The notes under the pieces are model-generated. The model was not told the DNA's origin, searched no databases, and saw only the letters and a list, made by a program, of their open reading frames with translations. Made by a program: the position numbers and the translations under genes. A stretch of 64,000 bases of DNA from an uncultured delta proteobacterium (lineage in GTDB: Bacteria; Desulfobacterota; Syntrophia; Syntrophales; UBA2185), in the NCBI GenBank assembly GCA_963729715.1, contig CAVSPA010000005.1:687607-751606 (forward strand). Reading direction: 5' to 3'. Below are positions 48,990-57,489 of the stretch, piece after piece (position 1 is the stretch's first letter; each line of letters starts with the position of its first letter).

Positions 48990-49898
48990 TCAGCTTTTCT
49001 TGTTCTGTAGGTAGTCTCTCATGCCCTTGATGCTATTGACGGAAAAAATTCTCTCCCGGGACTGAATATCTTTAGGAAGGACGCCGTAGGTGGATAGCCC
49101 TCTGTCATTTTTCAAAAGGTCCGCGTAAACGCTTTCCTCGAAGGGATCACTTCCCATCCGATAGTGTTTCTCCACCGTAGCGAGCCAGTTATCCAGCTGG
49201 TTCCTCGCCGTATCAAATACATTTGTTACGTCCTGTCTGTAACCGTAATGTCCGAAGCATACATGAGAAACATCGAGGGAGGCAGCTTTTTCTAGGGAAC
49301 TGCGGTAGGTCTCGTAGCTGAAGGGAGGAGGTGTCGCGATGCGGAGATACAGCCCCTGGTCCAGGGGATAGTTTATTCCTGCCGCTTCTCCGAGGAATAA
49401 GAGATTCCCGATCTGATAGCAGAGGTGGCTCGGGGCATGACCCGGAGTGTCGAAGACGTTGATGGTGACGCCGCCCGCCTCGACCGGATTCTTATAGTTG
49501 ATGTTTCGTTCGGGAATCGCGGCAATCTCTCCGTACACGTCTGCAACTTTTCCCAGGAAGCTGCGGGAGCCCGCCCAGAGCTTTGCAGGATCGATCATGT
49601 GGCGGATCCCCTTGGGATGGCAGATGACCATGGCATCCGGATAATGATCCACCAGGAGACCCACGCCTCCTGCATGGTCAATGTGTATGTGTGTAAGCAG
49701 GATATAGTCGAGCTTCTTTACATCGAGTTCCTTTAATGCCTTAACGAGCATGGGAATGGTGGAGCGGGGACCGGGATCGACCAGGATGGTCAGGCCGTCC
49801 CTCCTGTATACCCAGCTGTTGAGGAAATTGTAAAATCCCTCCAAGGGCTGGTCCAGATCCACGATGTAAAGATCTTTCATGGGTTCATGTGTCGCCAT
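48990..49898 (-). CDS. MBL-fold metallo-hydrolase
   Basis: THIHIDHAGG, TPGHAPSH, FGHYG; AAGGAGG RBS. Confidence 0.9.
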   Translation of the reverse strand: MATHEPMKDLYIVDLDQPLEGFYNFLNSWVYRRDGLTILVDPGPRSTIPMLVKALKELDVKKLDYILLTHIHIDHAGGVGLLVDHYPDAMVICHPKGIRHMIDPAKLWAGSRSFLGKVADVYGEIAAIPERNINYKNPVEAGGVTINVFDTPGHAPSHLCYQIGNLLFLGEAAGINYPLDQGLYLRIATPPPFSYETYRSSLEKAASLDVSHVCFGHYGYRQDVTNVFDTARNQLDNWLATVEKHYRMGSDPFEESVYADLLKNDRGLSTYGVLPKDIQSRERIFSVNSIKGMRDYLQNKKS

Positions 49899-50443
49899 CT
49901 CCCCCTCCTTAATATATATAGATATCAGAGTGTATATTATCCTGCAGTATTTTTCTGATAATACTATCTTTACCCCATATTTTCTAAAGATTTTTTGGTA
50001 TTGCTTTTTTGCGATTGACAATGATAATGCTGCTACACCTTCCATGGTGCTCCAATCAATTACAAGGTCAGACTTGTGACCTTGATATATCCAATCTCTT
50101 ACACCTCTAATGCTATTTTTTCGGAAACGATGAAGTAGATCCTGCTGGCGGCAAAAGCCGACAGATGCGTGATTAGCGAAATTCTTTCCACAAAATATCA
50201 GAACCTGTAACTAATAAACCTGTTTTGGATTGACGGCGACGGAAACCGGGCGCTGTTCCCTATTCTAATAAAGGATATAATAATGAAAAATAAATTAATT
50301 GGGGCAGCGGGGTCGGACCAAGTTTCGCACTTGGTGTCATGAAGAAACGCATCAATAAATGAGCTGATATTGGCTTTAAACGACCAAATTTGACCCTGAG
50401 AATGTACTTTTACAACTTATAAGCCGGAGTAAGTTTGACACCA

Positions 50444-50980
50444 TCAGTTCTTCTTTCCCAGGAGTGTTTCCAGCACCGTGTCTATGGCGAAATACTTTGT
50501 GGTCAATACCTTTCCATCGCGATTGATGAGGACCATAGCCGGTATGCCTGTGATATCATAGGCACCTGCCACACGTCCTCTTTCATCCAAAAGAGTTCTG
50601 TAGGGAATCTGATTTTTTGCTGCAAACTGTGACACCCTGTTTTTGCTTTCCTCGATGTCAATACCCGCTACATCGAGTCCGCGCTTACCGTAGGTTTCAT
50701 AAATTTCTTTGTAATGAGGTATCTCGGAACGGCAGGAGGGGCACCACGTCGTGGAAAAAATCAGCAGCACCGGCTTGCCTTTAGCGGTGCTGAGTTTGAA
50801 GTCCGCGCCTGCTAAGTCTTTCAGGCTGAAATCGGGCGCTGCAGAATCGGAGATGGTTCGCCCCTTGGTGGGCTGCTCACTTTCGGAGCACGAGAGCAAG
50901 GATGTTAATACTACGACAATCAGTCCTGCGATCAGTAAAAAGAAAAGCCTGCCTCTTATCCTCACCACAAAATTCCTCAT
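50444..50980 (-). CDS. TlpA/ResA-like thiol-disulfide oxidoreductase (lipoprotein)
   Basis: LLSC lipobox, APDFSL, WCPSC, GIP; ATGA overlap with ccdA. Confidence 0.88.
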   Translation of the reverse strand: MRNFVVRIRGRLFFLLIAGLIVVVLTSLLSCSESEQPTKGRTISDSAAPDFSLKDLAGADFKLSTAKGKPVLLIFSTTWCPSCRSEIPHYKEIYETYGKRGLDVAGIDIEESKNRVSQFAAKNQIPYRTLLDERGRVAGAYDITGIPAMVLINRDGKVLTTKYFAIDTVLETLLGKKN

Positions 50981-51684
50981 ATCCAGAGCATTCCCGCCTG
51001 GATGAGAAAGTACTCTCCCACTGCCAGAAGTATCCATCCGCATATGTGGCTTACCCTGGTCATCCACATGCCTGATTTTGGCAGGCTGGCTAAAAGGCCG
51101 GCGAAGGCTCCCAATATTATAAGTAATGTTCCCATTCCAAAAGCAAAAATAAAAAAGAGGCTTATTCCGAAGACGATATTCTGGCTCATCGCCACAAAAC
51201 TCAAGAGCACCGCAAGCACCGGGGTAGTGCAGGGGCCGACGATCAATCCCGATAGTGCTCCGACAAGGAAGCTCGCCACAATGCCCTTTTTTTTCGGCTG
51301 CGCTTCCGCCAGAAAGTCCGGTATGCGTATGGGCAACACAAAGACGTCGAGCATGGATAATCCCATGAGGATACAGATGTTGGCTACGATAAAGTTTGTC
51401 CATGGGCTCGCCTGTATCTGTCCGAATAATTTGCCAGTCAGGGCGGCGATTGCGGCAAGGGCAGTATATGTGACAGACATGCCCAAAACATAGACGATGG
51501 AGAGTAAAAATCCCTTCATCTTGGAGCCGCTGCTGTGGGCGCCGATGAAGGCGATGGTTATTGGTGCCATTGGATACACACAGGGAGTGAAACTCATCAA
51601 AACGCCTCCCAGATAGGCGGCCGCAAATGCCAGGATATAAGACCCGTGGAGATAAACGGACAGTCCTTCAATAAAATTTTCCAA
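50977..51684 (-). CDS. ccdA: CcdA/DsbD transmembrane electron transporter
   Basis: SFTPCVYP and GPCTTP conserved Cys-Pro motifs; LPKSGMW. Confidence 0.88.
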   Translation of the reverse strand: MENFIEGLSVYLHGSYILAFAAAYLGGVLMSFTPCVYPMAPITIAFIGAHSSGSKMKGFLLSIVYVLGMSVTYTALAAIAALTGKLFGQIQASPWTNFIVANICILMGLSMLDVFVLPIRIPDFLAEAQPKKKGIVASFLVGALSGLIVGPCTTPVLAVLLSFVAMSQNIVFGISLFFIFAFGMGTLLIILGAFAGLLASLPKSGMWMTRVSHICGWILLAVGEYFLIQAGMLWI

Positions 51685-51996
51685 TTACATACCCTCGGCG
51701 AAAGGCTTGGCAATAAGCCTTCGCATCAATTAGACTCCTGTATAAAATAAAGTAACATAATAACTATTAAAGATCAAACATATACAAACAGTCGTTCTCC
51801 CTGTTTCCCCGATGTTCCGAGGGCGGCGGCCATCATGGAAAGCAAGGCGGCGAATGATTGATATGAGGAGTAAAAACGGACAGGTGCAGGGGCCACGGTT
51901 GGATCTACGGATGATACTTATTGCTTGCTCTGGTATCACAAAAGGTATATACAGCTATCAACTTATCCAAGAGAGATATGAGGAGATTTTGTTAGC

Positions 51997-52833
51997 ATGG
52001 CTAAGATATTGAAGGACGCTTTAAAGACCATAGAGAAATACAAGAATATAACTCCCCACTACGGGGAGTTGCTGGATATCCTTGGAGAAATATTGATCCT
52101 CAGGGAAGAATACCGGCGCAAGATGAAAGATGTGATCTTTCCGATAGACGAAGGGCTCATGGAAACTAAAATAACCGGCGGCTTGCCGCTGATTGATTTT
52201 TCCGCCGGCACATTCGACCTCACGGAACCCAGGAAGTACTTTACTGCTCTCCTGGAAATTGCAGAAAAGCGCGCTCCCGGCGAGACGAAAGAAGTTCTTC
52301 AGATGATTCAGGACGGGACATTTAATTTTGCCAAAATGATTTCAGATTCCTTCAATTCGCTTCAAGAGGATGAAGATATCTCTGAAGATATTGACGACGA
52401 TGTCATTGATCTTGTCGATCTGTTTCTTGAAGAGAGTCTGAGACCTGCTCTCGAAAAGGTAGTGGAGAAGTACGGGAAAAGCATTGCCAAGGCTGGATGG
52501 GCCGAGGGCTACTGCCCGATCTGCGGCAAGGAGCCGAAGATCGGAGAGATAAGAGAGGAAGAGGGCAGAAGGTTTCTCTTCTGTACACAGTGCGGGTTTG
52601 AGTGGCGTTTCATGCGCATCAAATGCCCCTTCTGCGGCAATGAGGAGCAGCAAACGCTGGCCTACTTCAGCATCGAGGGAGAGGAAAAATACCGGGTTGA
52701 TGTCTGCAATGAGTGCAAGCGATATATCAAGACAGTCGATTTCAGAGAAACAGAGGAAGAGGCTGATCTCGACGTTGAGGATATTGCTACGCTGCATCTT
52801 GATATGCTTGCCAATGAAGAGGGGTACGATTAA
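51997..52833 (+). CDS. fdhE: Formate dehydrogenase accessory protein
   Basis: Four CxxC pairs (CPIC, CTQC, CPFC, CNEC), DIATLHLD. Confidence 0.85.
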   Translation: MAKILKDALKTIEKYKNITPHYGELLDILGEILILREEYRRKMKDVIFPIDEGLMETKITGGLPLIDFSAGTFDLTEPRKYFTALLEIAEKRAPGETKEVLQMIQDGTFNFAKMISDSFNSLQEDEDISEDIDDDVIDLVDLFLEESLRPALEKVVEKYGKSIAKAGWAEGYCPICGKEPKIGEIREEEGRRFLFCTQCGFEWRFMRIKCPFCGNEEQQTLAYFSIEGEEKYRVDVCNECKRYIKTVDFRETEEEADLDVEDIATLHLDMLANEEGYD

Positions 52834-52854
52834 GACCGCGGCGCGTGCGCATGT

Positions 52855-53511
52855 ATGAATGACCGTGATATAAGTAAAGTCATTCGCCTCCTTGAGAAAG
52901 AGGTCGCTAAATGGGAACTTCCCATAGTATCCTCCCTGGCCGAGGAGCATAGCGGTCCCTTTCCCATCCTTATATCGACAATCCTGAGTCTGAGAACGAA
53001 GGATGAAGTAACCGCGATAGCTGCGGAACACCTGCTGGCGCTGGCCAAGACCCCGGAAGAAATGTTAAAACTCTCTGAAGGGAAAATCATAAAAGCAATT
53101 TATCCTGTCGGGTTTTACCGGATAAAGGCGAAAACGATCCTTCACATATCGAAAGAACTTATAGACCGTTTTCATTCACGGGTTCCCGATACGATCGAGC
53201 AGTTGCTCACCCTGAAGGGTGTGGGTAGGAAGACGGCTAACCTTGTTGTGGCTCTTGGATATAATAAGGAGGGGTTGTGTGTTGACACGCATGTCCATAG
53301 GATATCGAATCGCCTGGGCTACGTGAAAACAAAAACCCCCGACGACACGGAATTTGCCCTGAGAGATAAGCTCCCATCTAAATACTGGCTCCGGTATAAT
53401 ACTTTGATGGTTGCCTTCGGTCGGCATATCTGTGTTCCCCTCTCCCCGTTCTGCAGCAGATGCCTTGTCTTTGCTTACTGTGACAGGGTCAATGTCGTAA
53501 GAAGCAGATAG
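52855..53511 (+). CDS. nth: Endonuclease III
   Basis: HhH LKGVGRKTAN, VDTHV, C-terminal 4Fe-4S Cys cluster. Confidence 0.93.
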   Translation: MNDRDISKVIRLLEKEVAKWELPIVSSLAEEHSGPFPILISTILSLRTKDEVTAIAAEHLLALAKTPEEMLKLSEGKIIKAIYPVGFYRIKAKTILHISKELIDRFHSRVPDTIEQLLTLKGVGRKTANLVVALGYNKEGLCVDTHVHRISNRLGYVKTKTPDDTEFALRDKLPSKYWLRYNTLMVAFGRHICVPLSPFCSRCLVFAYCDRVNVVRSR

Positions 53512-53594
53512 GGCGAGAAAGAACCGCCGGGTTGCCTGCGTACATATGTTTCTTTAACAGGTAATTTTTTGAAGCTTGAGTAAGGAGGTATGTC

Positions 53595-54611
53595 ATGGTA
53601 GTAAAGGTTGCGATTAATGGTTTCGGCAGGGTTGGACGGAGTCTCGTACGCGCATGCTCGGGTTGTGAGGATATCGATATCGTTGCCGTCAATTCACGGG
53701 CCAAGCCGGATATTCTCGTTCATCTCCTCAAATATGATTCAGTGCACGGCAAGTTCAGGGCGGATGTCTCCCTGGACGGCGACGCCATGGTGATAGACGG
53801 TAGGAGAATCGCGATAACTACAGTCACTTCGAATCTGGCGGACTTGCCCTGGGCGAAGCTGGGCGTCGAGATGGTCTTTGAATCAACCGGGAAATTCCGC
53901 AAGCGGGATGAAATGTCTGGTCATCTAACTGCCGGAGCGAAGAAGGTTATCCTTGCGGCCCCTGGGAAGGGAGTTGACGGCACCTTTGTCATGGGTGTCA
54001 ATGAAGAGCAATATAATCCCGGTAAACATCATATAGTATCCAATGCATCATGCACTACTAACTGTCTTGCGCCTGTTGCCAAGGTGCTTAACGACGAGTT
54101 CAAGATTGTCAAGGGGTTCATAACAACGGCGCATGCCTATACGATGGACCAGAGGCTTCTCGATGGTTCCCATAAAGACCTGCGCCGGGCAAGGGCCGCC
54201 GCTGTTTCGATTGTTCCCACTTCAACGGGAGCGGCGCAAGCCGTGGGTCAGGTGATTCCGGACCTGAAGGGGAAGCTCGATGGCGTAGCGCTCCGGGTTC
54301 CCGTGCACAATGTGTCAGTCGTAGACCTTGTGGTGGAGGTGTCGCGGCCCGTTACGGTGAACGAGGTGAATGGGGCGATGAAGGCGGCGTCGGAAGGCAA
54401 GCTGAAGGACATCATGCTCTATTGCGAGGAAGAACTCGTTTCCGTAGATTTTACGAGCAGCCCTTATTCGGCAATCTTTGATGCGCCGCTCACTAATGTA
54501 ATGGCCGGGACCCTTGTCAAGGTGTTTGCCTGGTATGACAACGAGATGGGATACGCATGCAGGATGAGAGACCTTGCCATCCATATAGCCAGAAAAGGCA
54601 TGGGAGCGTGA
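53595..54611 (+). CDS. gap: Glyceraldehyde-3-phosphate dehydrogenase type I
   Basis: INGFGR, NASCTTNCLAP, WYDNE. Confidence 0.96.
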   Translation: MVVKVAINGFGRVGRSLVRACSGCEDIDIVAVNSRAKPDILVHLLKYDSVHGKFRADVSLDGDAMVIDGRRIAITTVTSNLADLPWAKLGVEMVFESTGKFRKRDEMSGHLTAGAKKVILAAPGKGVDGTFVMGVNEEQYNPGKHHIVSNASCTTNCLAPVAKVLNDEFKIVKGFITTAHAYTMDQRLLDGSHKDLRRARAAAVSIVPTSTGAAQAVGQVIPDLKGKLDGVALRVPVHNVSVVDLVVEVSRPVTVNEVNGAMKAASEGKLKDIMLYCEEELVSVDFTSSPYSAIFDAPLTNVMAGTLVKVFAWYDNEMGYACRMRDLAIHIARKGMGA

Positions 54612-54612
54612 A

Positions 54613-55362
54613 ATGAGACGGTCCATTATTGCCGGCAACTGGAAAATGCACAAGACCGTCCGGGAGTCTGTTGATTTCGCGCGTCAATTGATGATTGCCT
54701 ACGCCGAATCACCGGACAGGCGCGTTATCGTCGCCCCGCCCTTTACATCCATTTACGCCGTTGCGGAGGTGCTCGTGGGATCGGGGATTCATGTTGCGGC
54801 ACAGAATCTCCATGATAAACAGGCGGGCGCATATACTGGAGAGATATCTGCGGGAATGCTCGTAGATGCCGGGTGTGAGTTCGCCATCGTGGGTCATTCG
54901 GAGCGCCGTACCATCTTTGGCGAGAAGGATGATGTCATCAACAGAAAACTCAAGGCCGCCATCTCCTTTGATCTGAAGCCTATATTCTGTATCGGCGAAA
55001 CCCTCGAGGAGCGGGAGGCCGGCCGGACTTTTCCCGTTATCGAAAGGCAGATAAAAGAGGGATTGAATAATTTCACTGCTGATGATATGAAAGTTAGCGT
55101 TATTGCCTATGAACCCGTCTGGGCGATCGGTACCGGCAGGACGGCGACGCCTGAGCAGGCCCAGGAAGTGCATGCCTACATCCGCGCTGTCATGAGAAAA
55201 ATATATGGAGACAGTCTCGCAGGATTGCTCCATGTAATTTACGGAGGCAGCGTTAATCCCGGCACCATAGGCGGGCTTATGGCCCAGCCGGACATCGACG
55301 GAGCTTTGGTAGGGGGTGCAAGCCTCGACGTTGAAAGCTTTGTCAAGATCATACAATTTTAA
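54613..55362 (+). CDS. tpiA: Triosephosphate isomerase
   Basis: AGNWKM, GHSERR, AYEPVWAIGTG, LVGGASL. Confidence 0.97.
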   Translation: MRRSIIAGNWKMHKTVRESVDFARQLMIAYAESPDRRVIVAPPFTSIYAVAEVLVGSGIHVAAQNLHDKQAGAYTGEISAGMLVDAGCEFAIVGHSERRTIFGEKDDVINRKLKAAISFDLKPIFCIGETLEEREAGRTFPVIERQIKEGLNNFTADDMKVSVIAYEPVWAIGTGRTATPEQAQEVHAYIRAVMRKIYGDSLAGLLHVIYGGSVNPGTIGGLMAQPDIDGALVGGASLDVESFVKIIQF

Positions 55363-55417
55363 ATAGCAGAGCCTTTGTTATGGCGAAGGGCGCAGTCCGC
55401 GGCAATCATCTCGCTCG

Positions 55418-55444
55418 GTCATTCCGAACGAATGTGAGAAATCT
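55418..55444. repeat. REP-like element
   Basis: GTCATTCCGAACGAATGTGAGAAATCT, similar to 5963-5986. Confidence 0.55.
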
Positions 55445-55463
55445 TTTTTAGGAGATATTTAAC

Positions 55464-55807
55464 GTGCAAATATTAATTACTATCCTGCATGTAGCAGTAT
55501 GCGTCATCTTGATTCTCGTCGTTCTTCTTCAGGCGGGCAAGGGGGCAAATATGGGGGCAGTCTTTGGCGGCTCAAGCCAGACCGTCTTCGGAAGCAGCGG
55601 CCCGGGAACTTTTTAGGAAAGATGACATCCGTTGTTGCTACCGTTTTCATGCTTACGTCTCTCGCCCTTTCGTACTCGGCAACTCATAAGACGTCGTCAG
55701 TGATGGAGAAAGTCGGCCCGCAGGCACAGCAGCAGACGATGCCGGCGCCGGCAGAAAAAGCGCCGTTACCGCCTGAGCAGAATGCACCGGCAGGGCAGCA
55801 GAAATAG
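55464..55807 (+). CDS. secG: Preprotein translocase subunit SecG, frameshifted near 55605
   Basis: GTG start, VLLQAGKGANMGAVFGGSSQTVFGSSG continues in another frame as NFLGKMT; one base missing in CCCGGGAAC; tpiA-secG-tRNA-Leu synteny. Confidence 0.9.
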
Positions 55808-55837
55808 AGATACAACACGTGCGAAAAAAAGACAACT

Positions 55838-55924
55838 GCCGAGGTGGTGGAACATGGTAGACACGCTATCTTGAGGGGGTAGTGGACAAAATCCGTCCGG
55901 GTTCAAGTCCCGGCCTCGGCACCA
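55838..55924 (+). tRNA. tRNA-Leu(GAG)
   Basis: GCCGAGG/CCTCGGC acceptor stem, CTATC-TTGAGGG-GGTAG anticodon arm, long variable arm, GGTTCAAGTCC, ACCA end. Confidence 0.96.
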
Positions 55925-55991
55925 TAATTAGAGTTAAATCTCTTGTGATAATGGGGAGTTAGGGATGAAGTCCTGATTCCCCATTTTTATT

Positions 55992-56011
55992 TTGGGGTAC
56001 AATTGGGGTAC
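55992..56011. repeat. Direct repeat, candidate integrase arm-type site
   Basis: TTGGGGTAC-AA-TTGGGGTAC between the tRNA and the integrase 3' end. Confidence 0.6.
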
Positions 56012-56038
56012 TTTTTGCATTATCAACTAAAATGATAT

Positions 56039-57146
56039 CTATCCTGACATGGTTTCATGCGAAGGGTTGAAAACATTATCCATGAAAGCGCTACCCTCGT
56101 CTCTCTGGTAATTTTTGATATACGAATAATACTTCTCATAGATCATCTGCAGCGTCTCATGCCCCATCATCTTCTGAACCCATCCCGGATGTTCGCCGGC
56201 ATCAAGCATGAGGGTGGCAAAGGTATGTCTAGTCTGATAAAGAGAACGATGTTCCAACCCCGCCTTCTTCAGAGCTGGTTTCCATACATGGTAATTTGTA
56301 GAATCAGGGTCCAAGGGTTTTCCATACTGGTTAAGGAAAACATACTCCGATTTACCCATTGTCTGCTTCCTCTGATCTCTCATTGCTTCGATCACTGGTG
56401 GGAGCATCTTTGATATCCCGGACAGATTTCCTTGTCTTTGGTCTACCTTCTTCTCCCTTCACCCTTGTTTCCCTTACTTTGATCAATCGCATCTGAAAAT
56501 CGATATGCTTCCACTTAAGGGCAGCCATCTCGCCGAATCTCATCCCTGTGAAAAAAGCAACGACAAAGAAGTCTCGATACCGTTCACTTACATTATTCAG
56601 GAAAAAGATTTACCTCTTCCATTGACATCGGCTTTATATCCGGCTTTGTTGTCTTGAGGTTCCTGATCCTGTCCATGGGGTTCTGATCAACGATGCCTGA
56701 GAGAAAGGCCAATCTTAAAAACCGATCTCATGGGCACCAGGATGTTGTTCTTTCTCTTTGCCGAACTCGGAAGCTCGCTGACGAACTTTCTGATATCCAG
56801 ATAGTTGATGTCGCCTATCGGCATGTTTCCGAAACGGGGCAGGATGTAATGATTCATTGAATCCCGATAATCGCGAAAAGTGGATGACTTCAATTCACCG
56901 GCTGTAATCTTTGCCCATTCCTCTACAACTTCTCCGAAAAGTCGTCCTGAAGCATCAACAGGTTCTTTGATCCGAATATGGCCGTGAATCTGTATCCCTT
57001 CAAGATACTCATCACGATAGTTCTCTTGCTTCCGTAATCGATGATGTGACAAGGGACTTTCTAAATCTCTTCCCGTTGATCTTAACTACGAAGTACCATG
57101 TGTTATGTCGTTTTTCTAAATTGTGATTCTTGTTCTTGGTCGTCAT
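56039..57146 (-). CDS. Tyrosine recombinase/integrase with four apparent +1 frameshifts
   Basis: Removing four single bases gives a 367-aa frame with TGMRFGE, KT, YQTRHT, MGHE and the catalytic-Tyr region (KYYSY); GGAGGA RBS. Confidence 0.85.
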
Positions 57147-57422
57147 TATATCCTCCATACCTTTTGTGGTCTGGTAGATACATTAGACCTTTCCCCTTTA
57201 ATCCCGTTCTTCCTCACCACCTCCTTTGCAACTTTAGTGCACTGCCTTTCAAACTCATCGATAGCATCAACAGGATATAAAACCCTTCGTTGAGCCTGGA
57301 GCTTGAAAAAATTGAAGCAACCCTCTCTCCCTCCAGTTCTTGATCGTTGAGGGAGATACCCTGAATCTACACGCTACTTCATGCTGTGTCAAAAATTTTT
57401 TTGTAACGGTGGTGAAGGCCAT
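57146..57422 (-). CDS. Excisionase-like HTH protein (one +1 frameshift; absent from the ORF track)
   Basis: MAFTTVTKKFLTQHEVACRFRVSPSTIKNWRERG…/RVLYPVDAIDEFE…VWRI*; TAATG overlap with the integrase start. Confidence 0.75.
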
Positions 57423-57489
57423 ATCAAAGACACTTACCGATTAGATTTTCTTATATTTTTTTCACTTGTAGCATAAGCAGATTAGCAAA

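Noticed and set aside
50100..50430. Riboswitch or ncRNA in the long intergenic region
   Set aside because: Only small hairpins; no family consensus recognised by eye. An Infernal search would be needed.
50981..51403. N-terminal extension of the TlpA ORF
   Set aside because: Lies within ccdA; the ATGA-coupled start at 50980 gives a lipoprotein signal.
55464..55807. secG as a pseudogene or programmed frameshift
   Set aside because: One base is missing in a short G run of an otherwise conserved gene; similar single indels elsewhere point to sequencing error.
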